Shown here: piece by piece, positions 25,541 to 35,022 of the stretch
How the letters are laid out: every line of letters starts with the position of its first letter
How positions within the stretch are numbered: position 1 is the first letter of the stretch
Assembly (NCBI GenBank): GCA_964291295.2
Contig: OZ219754.1
Span: forward strand, 2,432,001-2,496,000
DNA: 64,000 nt
Reading direction: 5' to 3'
From: an uncultured Candidatus Binatia bacterium
GTDB lineage: Bacteria > Desulfobacterota > Binatia > UBA9968 > JAJDTQ01
Position numbers and translations under genes: made by a program
Notes under the pieces: model-generated
The model's input: the letters and a program-made list of their open reading frames with translations, nothing else
Told to the model about the DNA's origin: nothing
Database searches by the model: none

Positions 25541-27681
25541 GCGGCACGACGGAAGCCTTCGCGCGGGTGAAGGTCGACAAGCTGCTTGAGGACGCCGGTT
25601 GGAACCTGACGGACGGTTCTAGCGTCCTGTTCGAGTATGCGCTGCCCGACGGCACACAGGCCGACTATGTGCTCTGCGACCGGCAGGGCCGGCCCATGGC
25701 AGCGCTGGAAGCCAAGCGGGCGAGTATCGATCCAATTGCGGCGCAGGACCAGGGCCGGCACTATGCCGAACAGCTCGGGGTGCCGTTCGTGTTTCTCTCG
25801 AACGGCGAGGAAGTGCGGTTCCTCGACCGCGAGGCCGACGCCCACGCGCGCAAGGTCGCCGGCTTCTACGCCCGGGACGACCTCGAACGGCGCATTGCGG
25901 CGCGCCGGAGCCGCCGCGACCTGTCGGCGGTCGCCATCGACCGCAGGATCGTCGACCGGCCCTACCAGATCGAATGCGTCGAGGCCTTGTCCGCCGAAGT
26001 CTCGCGCGGGCGGCGCAAGCTGCTGGTCGAGATGGCGACGGGCACCGGCAAGACCCGCACGGCGGCGGCCTTCATCAAGCGGCTGTTCGAGGCGGGCATC
26101 GTCACCCGTGTGCTGTTCCTGGTGGACCGGATCGCCCTGGCCCGGCAGGCCGAAGACGCGTTCACGGACCATCTGCGGGACTACCCCTGCCACGTGCTGC
26201 GGCCCGGCCGGCGGTTCGACCGGGCCAAGCGCGTCACGGTTGCGACCCTGCAGACCATGATCGCCGAGTTCCGCGACCTCTCGCCGGGCTATTTCGACCT
26301 GGTCGTCACCGACGAGTGCCACCGCTCGATCTACGGCGAGTGGAGCGGCGTGCTGCGGCACTTAGATTCGATCCAGCTCGGCCTCACGGCGACGCCGTGC
26401 ACGGCGGAGGCAGACACGCTCCCCGATCCGGAGGACGGGCGGTTCGTGCGCGATACGCTGCGCTTCTTCGAACTCGCCGAACCCACCTTCCGCTACGACC
26501 TGCGCCGGGCGATCGAGGAGGGTCATCTCGTGCCCTACCGCATCTACAGGGCGATGACGGTGAAGACCGCCGCCGAAGACGGGTTCCCCGTCCGCCGCGG
26601 CGAGCTCGACTGGAGCGCGATGGACGAGGCTGCGCAGGCTGAATTCGAGGCGCTGTTCGCCGATTCGGACACGATCACGGTGGACCCGCAGGCGCTGGAG
26701 CGCCGGTTCACCGTCCCGGAGCGCAACCGCGCCCTGGTGCGCGAGTTTCGCGACGCGCACGACAAGGGCTTCATGGGCCGGGACGGCATCCGGCGCTGGC
26801 CGACTTCGGGCAAGACCCTGGTGTTCGCGGTGACCCGGCGCCATGCCGAGACCCTGGCGGAGATGTTCGACGCGCATTTCGCGGACCTGAAGCCGCATCC
26901 GGCGACGCGCTACGCCGATTTCGTGGTGAGCGACGCCGGCGGCGGGCCGGCGCCCGATGCGAGCGCCATCGTCAAGCGTTTCAAGGAGGAGGACTATCCG
27001 AAGATTCTCGTCAGCGTGAACATGCTGGACACCGGTTTCGACTGCCCGGAGGTCGTCAACTTGGTCATGGCGCGGTTCACCCGCAGCGCCATCCTCTACC
27101 GGCAGATGCGCGGGCGCGGCACGCGCAAGGCGGACCACATCGGCAAGACCGGTTTCACGATCTTCGATTTCGTGGGCGTGACGGACTTCCACGGCGACGA
27201 CGATACGGGTATCGAGGGCGGCATAATGGATGCGCAGGGCCGCTACAGGCCGCATCGCGACCTGCGCGTGCTGCTGACCCTTGATGTGGACGACCATATC
27301 GACCCGGCGAGCCGCGAGTGGCTGACGCTCGACGAGGATGGCCGTATCGTGCGGACGCCGGAGCACGAAGCGCGGGCGGCGGAGGTCGGCATGCGTTTCG
27401 AGGCGTGGCGGGGAGAGCATGGCGGCTTCAATGCGGAACAGGCGCGCTGGGCCGGGCTGATCGGCAGCCGGGTGCGGGCCGACGCGATGAACATGGAGAA
27501 TTTCGGCGAATGGGACTTCGACGCGCACCCCTTCGCCGCCCTCGGGGGCTACGACCAAGCGCGGCGCGTGTTCGGTGGAACAGGCGCGCTGAACCGGCTG
27601 ATCGCCGGGATCAATGTTGCGCTGTTCGGCCCCCGGCAGGCTGGCGGCGAGGCCGAAATCGCCCGAGCCGGGGAGGGATAG
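25537..27681 (+). CDS. hsdR: Type I restriction enzyme R subunit (EcoEI/EcoAI-like)
   Basis: ADY.L...ALEAK nuclease motif, MATGTGKT, DECHRS, GLTATP, MLDTGFD, QMRGRGTR; ATGA overlap with vapC. Confidence 0.92.
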   Translation: MSGTTEAFARVKVDKLLEDAGWNLTDGSSVLFEYALPDGTQADYVLCDRQGRPMAALEAKRASIDPIAAQDQGRHYAEQLGVPFVFLSNGEEVRFLDREADAHARKVAGFYARDDLERRIAARRSRRDLSAVAIDRRIVDRPYQIECVEALSAEVSRGRRKLLVEMATGTGKTRTAAAFIKRLFEAGIVTRVLFLVDRIALARQAEDAFTDHLRDYPCHVLRPGRRFDRAKRVTVATLQTMIAEFRDLSPGYFDLVVTDECHRSIYGEWSGVLRHLDSIQLGLTATPCTAEADTLPDPEDGRFVRDTLRFFELAEPTFRYDLRRAIEEGHLVPYRIYRAMTVKTAAEDGFPVRRGELDWSAMDEAAQAEFEALFADSDTITVDPQALERRFTVPERNRALVREFRDAHDKGFMGRDGIRRWPTSGKTLVFAVTRRHAETLAEMFDAHFADLKPHPATRYADFVVSDAGGGPAPDASAIVKRFKEEDYPKILVSVNMLDTGFDCPEVVNLVMARFTRSAILYRQMRGRGTRKADHIGKTGFTIFDFVGVTDFHGDDDTGIEGGIMDAQGRYRPHRDLRVLLTLDVDDHIDPASREWLTLDEDGRIVRTPEHEARAAEVGMRFEAWRGEHGGFNAEQARWAGLIGSRVRADAMNMENFGEWDFDAHPFAALGGYDQARRVFGGTGALNRLIAGINVALFGPRQAGGEAEIARAGEG

Positions 27682-27691
27682 CGCCGTGCCC

Positions 27692-29317
27692 ATGACCCCG
27701 GAACTGCGGCGCGGCATCGACCGCATCCGCGACTATCTCTTCGGCGGTGGCTACCCGAACCCGGCCCAGAATGCCGAGCAGTTGAGCTTCCTGATCTATT
27801 TCTACATGCACGAGGCGGCGGACGCGGCCCGGGTGCGGGCGGCGCAAAGGCCCGGCGCCCCTCCGTATGCCAGCGCCTACGAAGGCGAATGGACGCTGCA
27901 CGACCCGCGCAACGCCCGCTCGCCCGGCGCGGAGAGCGCGCCACGCGACCTGCTGCGCTGGTCGTCCTGGGCGCAGGCGCTGAACGGCGAACGGCTGGTC
28001 TCCTGGGTGCGCGAGGAGGTCTTCGCCTTCCATGCCGGGCTTGCGGCGAACGGCATCACCGACTTCATGGACGGCGCCCGGCTGGTGATCGACGAGCCGA
28101 CGGTGCTCACCCAGGTCGTGAGCCAGTTGAGCGACCTGCATCTCGACCGGGTGGACGCCGACACCAAGGGCGACCTGTTCGAGCATGTGCTGTGCCAGAT
28201 CCGCCAGGCCGGCGAACTCGGCCAGTTCCGCACGCCGCGCCATGTCATCCGCGCCCTGGTGCGGTTGGTCGATCCGAGGATCGGCGAGACGATCTGCGAT
28301 CCGGCGGCGGGCACGGCGGGGTTCCTGGTCGGCGCATGGGACCACATTCGCCTCGCCAACTCCTCGTCCGCCGGGACCGAGGAAGTCGAGGCCGACGGCA
28401 AGACCGTGCGGCGCGGCCTCGGCGACACGCTGGGCCGCGATGCGGTTCGGCAGTTGCAGGAGGCGACCTTCCACGGCGCGGATGTGGACCCGCAGATGGT
28501 CCGCCTCGCCACCATGAACCTGACGCTGCGAGGGCTGGACAAGGTGCGCATCCTGCGGCGCGATGCGCTCACCCGCTCCCTCGACCGCGCGGCGAAGGCG
28601 GAGATCGGCCTGCCGCCGGACGGGTTCGACGTGATCCTGGCCAACCCGCCCTTCTCCGGGCGGCTGGATCGCGACCGCATCGTCGAGGAGGTGAAGGTCG
28701 GGCGCACGGCGCAGACCGAGCTGCTGTTCCTGCAATACATGCTGAACCATCTGAAGGAGGGCGGGCGCTGCGGCGTGGTGGTGCCGGAGGGCGTGCTGTT
28801 TGGCTCCACCGGGGCGCACAAGGAACTGCGCCGCCGTTTGATCGAGAACAACCGGGTGGAGGCGGTGCTGTCGCTGCCGGGCGGCGTGTTCAATCCCTAT
28901 TCCGGCGTCAAGACCTCGCTGCTGCTGTTCCGCAAGGGCGGGGCGACGCAGCGCGTCATGTTCCTCCATGCGGAGAACGACGGCTTCAGGCTCGACGCCA
29001 ACCACGACACGCCCGTTGACGACGACGACCTGCCCGGCCTGGTCGAGGCGTTCCGCGACCGCGATGCGCGGTGGGCGGAATGGCAGGGCCGCGACCCGGA
29101 CGAGGACTGGACCGCGAACTGGTGGTTCGCCGGGGCCGACGCCATTCGCGCCGCCGACTTCAACCTCAGCGCCAACCGCCACCGGTCACCGAGCCGCGCC
29201 AAGGTCGAGCACCGCGACCCGCTGGAGATTCTGGAGGAACTGCGCGGCATCGAGACCCAAATCCTCGCAGAGATCGACGAATTGGGCGACGCGGTTCGGG
29301 GAGCCGTGGGGGAATGA
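27692..29317 (+). CDS. hsdM: Type I R-M N6-adenine methyltransferase M subunit
   Basis: GQFRTPRH, DPAAGTAGF (motif I), ANPPF (motif IV), VVPEGVLF. Confidence 0.93.
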   Translation: MTPELRRGIDRIRDYLFGGGYPNPAQNAEQLSFLIYFYMHEAADAARVRAAQRPGAPPYASAYEGEWTLHDPRNARSPGAESAPRDLLRWSSWAQALNGERLVSWVREEVFAFHAGLAANGITDFMDGARLVIDEPTVLTQVVSQLSDLHLDRVDADTKGDLFEHVLCQIRQAGELGQFRTPRHVIRALVRLVDPRIGETICDPAAGTAGFLVGAWDHIRLANSSSAGTEEVEADGKTVRRGLGDTLGRDAVRQLQEATFHGADVDPQMVRLATMNLTLRGLDKVRILRRDALTRSLDRAAKAEIGLPPDGFDVILANPPFSGRLDRDRIVEEVKVGRTAQTELLFLQYMLNHLKEGGRCGVVVPEGVLFGSTGAHKELRRRLIENNRVEAVLSLPGGVFNPYSGVKTSLLLFRKGGATQRVMFLHAENDGFRLDANHDTPVDDDDLPGLVEAFRDRDARWAEWQGRDPDEDWTANWWFAGADAIRAADFNLSANRHRSPSRAKVEHRDPLEILEELRGIETQILAEIDELGDAVRGAVGE

Positions 29318-30480
29318 GCTTCCCGGTCGTAAAGCTGGGTGATCTCTGTGAAATGGATCGGCAGGGGCTTGACCCGGACGACTCTACCGCGACGGAGCTT
29401 CGCTTCGTGGGCGTGGAGAACATCGAGTCCCAAAACGGTGTTATTAATTTCGCCAACGTCTCGCGCGTCGGGAGTCAAAGGAGCACGACTTTCCGGTTCG
29501 ACGAACGCCATGTCCTCTACGCAAAACTTCGGCCGTATCTAAACAAGGTTGCAACTCCTGATTTTTGCGGGAGGTGCTCGACCGAACTGATTCCGCTCCT
29601 GCCCCGGGAAGGTGTTGATCGCGAATTCGTTGCGCACCTGCTTCGGCGAGCACAGACCGTCGAGCACGCGATGTCGTCGATAACTGGTTCCCGAATGCCG
29701 CGAACCGACATGAAGGCGCTGATGTCGTTGCCGGTCCCCCTCCCGCCGCTCGACGAGCAGCGGCGGATCGCCGGCATCCTGAACCGGGCGGCGACGATCG
29801 AGCGGCTGCGGACGCAGGCGCAGGAAAGGATGCGGGAGTTCCTGCCCGCGCTGTTCGTCAAGATGTTCGGCGATCCCGCCACCAACCCGATGGGGTGGGA
29901 TACTGCGCATTTGGGCGATGTCTGCATAGTCAATCCTCGTGCCGAAAAGCTTTATCGCCCCGATAACATTCTTGTGAGTTTCGTTCCGATGGCGGCTGTT
30001 GACGAACGATCAGGAGAAATCATCCATTCCGAGAAGCGTCCGGCAGTGGATGTTTCCAAAGGCTACACATCGTTTGAAGAGGGAGACGTCTTGTTTGCAA
30101 AGGTTACCCCCTGCATGGAGAACGGGAAGACAGCATTGGCGCGGAATTTGACCAACGGCATTGGTCGGGGGTCAACTGAATTCTATGTTCTTCGGCCAGG
30201 GAAGCTCATTTTGGGAGAGTATCTCCATCATTTCGTACGCCGGGCTGAGTTTCGAAACGAAGCTAAAAGAAGCTTTACGGGGACAGCAGGGCAGCAACGT
30301 GTCCCCAAGTCTTTTATGGAAAGTACCTTGATTCCCCTTCCTCCGATCAACATGCAAAGACGCTTCGCAGATATAGCGGAGGCAGCGCAAGCCACAGTCG
30401 AGCGCATGGAATTTGCCGGCGGGATCGCTGCAACGCTGAATGCTTCCCTCATGTCTCGCCTCCTGGAGAAGATGGCATGA
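29314..30480 (+). CDS. hsdS: Type I R-M specificity subunit
   Basis: Two TRDs, each followed by PLPPL.EQRRI / PLPPI..QRRF; central MFGDP.TNP.GW; ATGA overlap. Confidence 0.92.
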   Translation: MSFPVVKLGDLCEMDRQGLDPDDSTATELRFVGVENIESQNGVINFANVSRVGSQRSTTFRFDERHVLYAKLRPYLNKVATPDFCGRCSTELIPLLPREGVDREFVAHLLRRAQTVEHAMSSITGSRMPRTDMKALMSLPVPLPPLDEQRRIAGILNRAATIERLRTQAQERMREFLPALFVKMFGDPATNPMGWDTAHLGDVCIVNPRAEKLYRPDNILVSFVPMAAVDERSGEIIHSEKRPAVDVSKGYTSFEEGDVLFAKVTPCMENGKTALARNLTNGIGRGSTEFYVLRPGKLILGEYLHHFVRRAEFRNEAKRSFTGTAGQQRVPKSFMESTLIPLPPINMQRRFADIAEAAQATVERMEFAGGIAATLNASLMSRLLEKMA

Positions 30481-30977
30481 CCGACATCGTGGACAGTAGG
30501 AGGCGGAGCGCGCTGATGGCGGGAATACGCAGCCGCAATACCACACCCGAACTGGTAGTTCGGCGAATAGCCCACAGGATGGGCCTGCGTTTTCGACTGC
30601 ATCGAACCGATCTTCCGGGCAGCCCCGACCTGGTGTTTTCGAAACATCAATTGGCCGTGTTCGTGCACGGCTGCTTCTGGCATCGACATGAAGGCTGCCG
30701 ATACGCCTCCACACCCAAGTCCCGAGCAGCCTTCTGGATGGAGAAGTTCGCTGCCAATGTCGCCCGGGATGCCCGCCAGGAAGCGGCCCTGAAGGCACGT
30801 GGCTGGCGGATCCTCGTCATCTGGCAGTGCGAAACGAAGGACCAGGCGCTTGTCGCGCACAAGCTGACCGTATCGGTATCCGGTTCGAAGGGGCGTCCCC
30901 CGTCGATGACGGAAGGGTCGGCCGCGGGATTATGGACCGTATGCGCTTCGGTGCTTCATAAGGCAGCGGGAACATGA
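30477..30977 (+). CDS. vsr: Very short patch repair endonuclease
   Basis: RS..M..IRS.NT.PE, LPGSPD, FVHGCFWHRH, W..K...N..RD, IWQCE. Confidence 0.95.
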   Translation: MTDIVDSRRRSALMAGIRSRNTTPELVVRRIAHRMGLRFRLHRTDLPGSPDLVFSKHQLAVFVHGCFWHRHEGCRYASTPKSRAAFWMEKFAANVARDARQEAALKARGWRILVIWQCETKDQALVAHKLTVSVSGSKGRPPSMTEGSAAGLWTVCASVLHKAAGT

Positions 30978-32056
30978 TCCATCGTAGCGATTCAGAGACT
31001 GTCGAGGTTTACGATTTCTTTGCCGGATGCGGGGGCGCGAGTTGCGGCTTCCGGTCTGCCGGAATGAAGGTCGCGTTTGCTCTGGACTACGATATGGATG
31101 CTCGGGCAAGCTTCGTGGCCAACTTCCCCGATGCTCATTTCGAGCTTGCGGATATCCGCAAGGTGCGGGTCGGGACAATCCGATCACGGGTAGATGCCGA
31201 GCGATCAAATCCGGTGCTTTTCAGCGGCTGCGCGCCGTGCCAACCCTTCACCAGACAGCATACGACACGGCCCATGCCCGACCGGGACGACCGTGTCCCG
31301 CTGCTTGTACACTTTGCTCGCTTGGTAGAAGGTTGCCGACCTGACCTCGTGTTTGTGGAGAATGTCCCGGGACTACAGAAGTTGTCCGCAGACAGCCAAC
31401 CCTTCGGCAACTTCCTGCGGCAACTGGACAGGGCGGGTTACGAGTTGGACTACCGACCCGTGTTGCTTGCCAAATACGGGATACCTCAAAGCCGCCGCCG
31501 GCTCGTCTTGGTAGGGAGCCGCCACGGAGCGATCCGTTTGCCCGATGAGACGCACGGGCCGGGAACGGACAACGAACAATACTCCACAGTCGGGGATTGG
31601 ATTGCCCATCTTCCGTCGATTCGAGCGGGCGAGGAACATCGGGATGTGCCAAATCATAGGGCAGCGAATCTGTCGACCCGTAATCTGGAACGTATCGAAG
31701 CGACGCCCGAAGGTGGCGGCAATCGGGATTGGCCGCAGCATCTGATGCTCGACTGCCATAGGGGATTATCGGGCTATAGCGACGTCTACGGCCGGATGTC
31801 ATGGGATGCGCCTGCATCGGGCCTCACCACGCGGTGCACAAGCTACTCGAACGGGCGCTTCGGCCATCCCGAGCAGGACAGGGCCATCAGCATTCGGGAA
31901 GCGGCCTGCTTGCAGACATTCCCCGAGGATTTCGCTTTCGAGGGCAGCATGGCGTCGATGGCGAGACAGATCGGGAATGCGGTACCGGTCCGTCTGGCGG
32001 AGCTCATCGGTCATCAGTTCATCAAGCATCTGAGGGATGTGGGGAGACTGTCCTGA
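30974..32056 (+). CDS. DNA (cytosine-5)-methyltransferase
   Basis: DFFAGCGG (I), APCQPF (IV), ENVPG (VI), QSRRR (VIII), REAACLQTFP (IX), GNAVP (X). Confidence 0.95.
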   Translation: MIHRSDSETVEVYDFFAGCGGASCGFRSAGMKVAFALDYDMDARASFVANFPDAHFELADIRKVRVGTIRSRVDAERSNPVLFSGCAPCQPFTRQHTTRPMPDRDDRVPLLVHFARLVEGCRPDLVFVENVPGLQKLSADSQPFGNFLRQLDRAGYELDYRPVLLAKYGIPQSRRRLVLVGSRHGAIRLPDETHGPGTDNEQYSTVGDWIAHLPSIRAGEEHRDVPNHRAANLSTRNLERIEATPEGGGNRDWPQHLMLDCHRGLSGYSDVYGRMSWDAPASGLTTRCTSYSNGRFGHPEQDRAISIREAACLQTFPEDFAFEGSMASMARQIGNAVPVRLAELIGHQFIKHLRDVGRLS

Positions 32057-35013
32057 TGGCTACGTTCAAGACGCGTGCTCGCACACTGGACATGCTCGGT
32101 CGGCAACAGATTGCCGGCATTCCGACTGCGATCAGCGAGCTGTTCAAGAACGCGCACGATGCCTATGCTGATCATGTCGAGATCGACTATTACCGCTCGG
32201 ATGGCCTGTTCGTCTTGCGAGACGACGGAATCGGTATGAGTCGTGACGATTTCGTGACGCGGTGGCTTACAATCGGAACGGAAAGCAAGTTCGACCCGAA
32301 TCGACCCCCACCGCAAGATCCAGACAAGAAACCGCGCCCGATGCTGGGGGAGAAGGGAATCGGAAGGCTTGCGATTGCGACCATTGGCCCGCAGCTTCTG
32401 GTTCTCACTCGCCCGAAGGCTGACAACGGAGCCTCCGACCTGACGACAGCGTTCCTGAACTGGGGCATATTCGAATGGCCCGGCATAGACTTGGAGGACA
32501 TTGAGATACCTCTACGGTCGTTTGCATCAGGTTCTCTGCCTTCGGCAAGAGACGTGGCGGACATGGTACAAGAATTTGGTAGGAGCGCCAAAAATATCGG
32601 GCAGGATGTCGAGCATAACTTGTTGGAGAGGCTTGCAATGGAATTGGATCTCTTCGATATCGACCCGCGAGACATCGACTCCTATCTTGAAAAGCCATCA
32701 CTCGGCGCGAACGGCAACGGCACGCATTTCATCATCAAGCCCGCCTGGCCGTTACTGGTTGACGACATCGACGGAGATCCTGCATCTAGCAAGGTAGCCG
32801 TGCTGAAAAAGGCAACACCCTTGAAAAAGGCATTGCTGGGATTCAGCAACACCATGATGACACCCGACTCGCGATCCCTAATTCATACCTCATTTCGCGA
32901 TCATAAGTCGGTCGACCTCGTCGAAGACCTGATTGCAGAGGGTGAATTCTTCACCGCAAATGAGCTTCAAAACGCAGACCACCGGATGAGCGGTACCTTT
33001 GACGCGTTCGGGCAATTCCGCGGCGAAATCTCGATCTACGGCGAAACAACCACCGATCATGTGATTCCTTGGAGAGGGGCGCGCGGTGTACCCACGCTCT
33101 GTGGTCCGTTCTCCATCGACTTCGCTGCTTTCGAAGGCGACAGCAGACACTCGACAATTCCATATGAGGAGCATGGGAGATTGACAAGCAAAACCGAACA
33201 ATTGGGTGGATTGTACATCTATAGAAACGGCATCCGGGTTCTTCCTTACGGCGACACAGATTACGATTGGCTGGACATAGAGTTTAGGCGAACAAAAAGC
33301 GCTTACTATTATTATTTTTCTCATCGAAAAATGTTCGGAGCAGTGAATCTCGATTCGGAAAGAAATTGGCAACTACAGGAAAAGGCTGGTCGAGAGGGGT
33401 TTCAGGAAAATAGAGCGTATCGTCAATTCAAATCGATTCTTCAAAATTTTTTTTTACAGATGGCGGCAGATTTTTTCCGTACAGAAGGGGCACATTCGGA
33501 GGTATTCGAGCTACGAAAGGCACAACTGTCCAAGGAGGATTATGCAAGAAAACAACGAGAAAAACAAGTTCTGGAGAGAAGAAGACAGTTTCTAGCTGAG
33601 TTGAATTCCTTTTTCGACAAACTCAAGAATGATGATCCGCAAGAAGAGATTTTGGCGTTGACGGAACACGTCGCGGCAGAATTGCAGAAGGTAAGCAGCA
33701 TACCGGACGGTCAACTCGCCGCACACAAAATCTTGGAGCTTGAGCGTCGGGCACAGATGGAGGTCAGAAACTTGGAAGCCCGCTACCGTATTTCACGACC
33801 TCGGATCGGACTGGCCAGGGCTGCAATTCGGGACTGGGAAGTGTACGTCGCAGAGTTTGCTGCGCTCCAAGACAATGTATTCAAGCCGGCACGTACCATG
33901 ATCGATGAGCTGGTCGGTGAAGAAGCAAGAAAGGCCGAATTGTCGCTTGATAGGCGTATCAGGACAGAGGCGGCATTGGACGATCTTGGGGAGGAGGCGC
34001 GGAAGATTACGGGTAAATCGGGGCAAGAAGTACGAGTGGAAGCGAACAAGGTCGCGTCAGAAGCGCGCGAGTTGGCGGGCCGATCTCTGAAGACCGTGGA
34101 ATCGGAACTACGGGAGGTGCTCAGCGAGTTCCAGCGAATGAACCTTACCGAGATGCCTGATGAGCTTTTTGTCGAAACAAGAAGCGCACTGGAGACCAGG
34201 GTATTGAGCGTAACAGAAAAACAAGGAGCATTGTTGCGTTCGGTTCTGGAGCAGCTTCAAGCTGTAGACGTGACGGGAGAAACCTCGACAACTGAGCAGT
34301 TGATGGCCATTGAGCAGCGGAACCTGTTGTTGGAGGAGGAGGCCGAGGCTGACGCGCAGCTGGCGCAGTTAGGAATGGCGATAGAAATCATAAACCACGA
34401 GTTTTCGGGAACAGTGCGGTCGATTCGGAACGGCTTGCGCAGATTGAAGGCTTGGGCTGATGTCAATGAAGAGTTGGGAGAGTTGCACGACAGTATTAGA
34501 ACCAGTTTTGATCACCTTGACGGATATCTGACGCTGTTCACGCCGTTGCAGCGGCGACTCTACAGGAAGCCCGTGGAGATCCGCGGTTCCGAGATTCGGA
34601 CTTTTTTGGAGGAACTGTTCCGTGCGCGTTTGGCACGCCATGCCGTGTCCTTCAAGGCGACAAGAGCCTTTAGAGATGCTAGAATCACTAGCTTTCCATC
34701 GAGCTTCTATCCTGTATTTGTGAATTTGGTGGACAACGCAATTTTTTGGCTGTCGCAACAGAACCCCCAAGAGGAACGAGCCATTGAGCTTGATGAGCGC
34801 GGCGGTGTGTTGCTTGTCTCTGATAACGGACCAGGAGTCGATGTGCGCGACCGGGAGGCGATTTTCGAGTTCGGCTTCAGCAGAAAGCCTGGCGGTCGAG
34901 GGATGGGTTTGCACATTGGGCGGGAAGCTCTACGCCGGGTCGGCTTCGATCTTCAGTTGCTCGAAGGCGACGGTGGCGCAACATTCGGCGTGGTCCCGGT
35001 GACAGAGCTATAG
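32056..35013 (+). CDS. MORC/GHKL-type ATPase fused via a coiled coil to a histidine kinase (985 aa)
   Basis: N-terminal ELFKNAHDA, DDGIGM, GEKGIGR; middle YRNGIRVLPYG...DWL, EKAGREG; C-terminal H-box IINHEF, NLVDNA, DNGPG, F..GFS.K..GRGMGL. Confidence 0.88.
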   Translation: MATFKTRARTLDMLGRQQIAGIPTAISELFKNAHDAYADHVEIDYYRSDGLFVLRDDGIGMSRDDFVTRWLTIGTESKFDPNRPPPQDPDKKPRPMLGEKGIGRLAIATIGPQLLVLTRPKADNGASDLTTAFLNWGIFEWPGIDLEDIEIPLRSFASGSLPSARDVADMVQEFGRSAKNIGQDVEHNLLERLAMELDLFDIDPRDIDSYLEKPSLGANGNGTHFIIKPAWPLLVDDIDGDPASSKVAVLKKATPLKKALLGFSNTMMTPDSRSLIHTSFRDHKSVDLVEDLIAEGEFFTANELQNADHRMSGTFDAFGQFRGEISIYGETTTDHVIPWRGARGVPTLCGPFSIDFAAFEGDSRHSTIPYEEHGRLTSKTEQLGGLYIYRNGIRVLPYGDTDYDWLDIEFRRTKSAYYYYFSHRKMFGAVNLDSERNWQLQEKAGREGFQENRAYRQFKSILQNFFLQMAADFFRTEGAHSEVFELRKAQLSKEDYARKQREKQVLERRRQFLAELNSFFDKLKNDDPQEEILALTEHVAAELQKVSSIPDGQLAAHKILELERRAQMEVRNLEARYRISRPRIGLARAAIRDWEVYVAEFAALQDNVFKPARTMIDELVGEEARKAELSLDRRIRTEAALDDLGEEARKITGKSGQEVRVEANKVASEARELAGRSLKTVESELREVLSEFQRMNLTEMPDELFVETRSALETRVLSVTEKQGALLRSVLEQLQAVDVTGETSTTEQLMAIEQRNLLLEEEAEADAQLAQLGMAIEIINHEFSGTVRSIRNGLRRLKAWADVNEELGELHDSIRTSFDHLDGYLTLFTPLQRRLYRKPVEIRGSEIRTFLEELFRARLARHAVSFKATRAFRDARITSFPSSFYPVFVNLVDNAIFWLSQQNPQEERAIELDERGGVLLVSDNGPGVDVRDREAIFEFGFSRKPGGRGMGLHIGREALRRVGFDLQLLEGDGGATFGVVPVTEL

Positions 35014-35022
35014 GGGAGGGCG

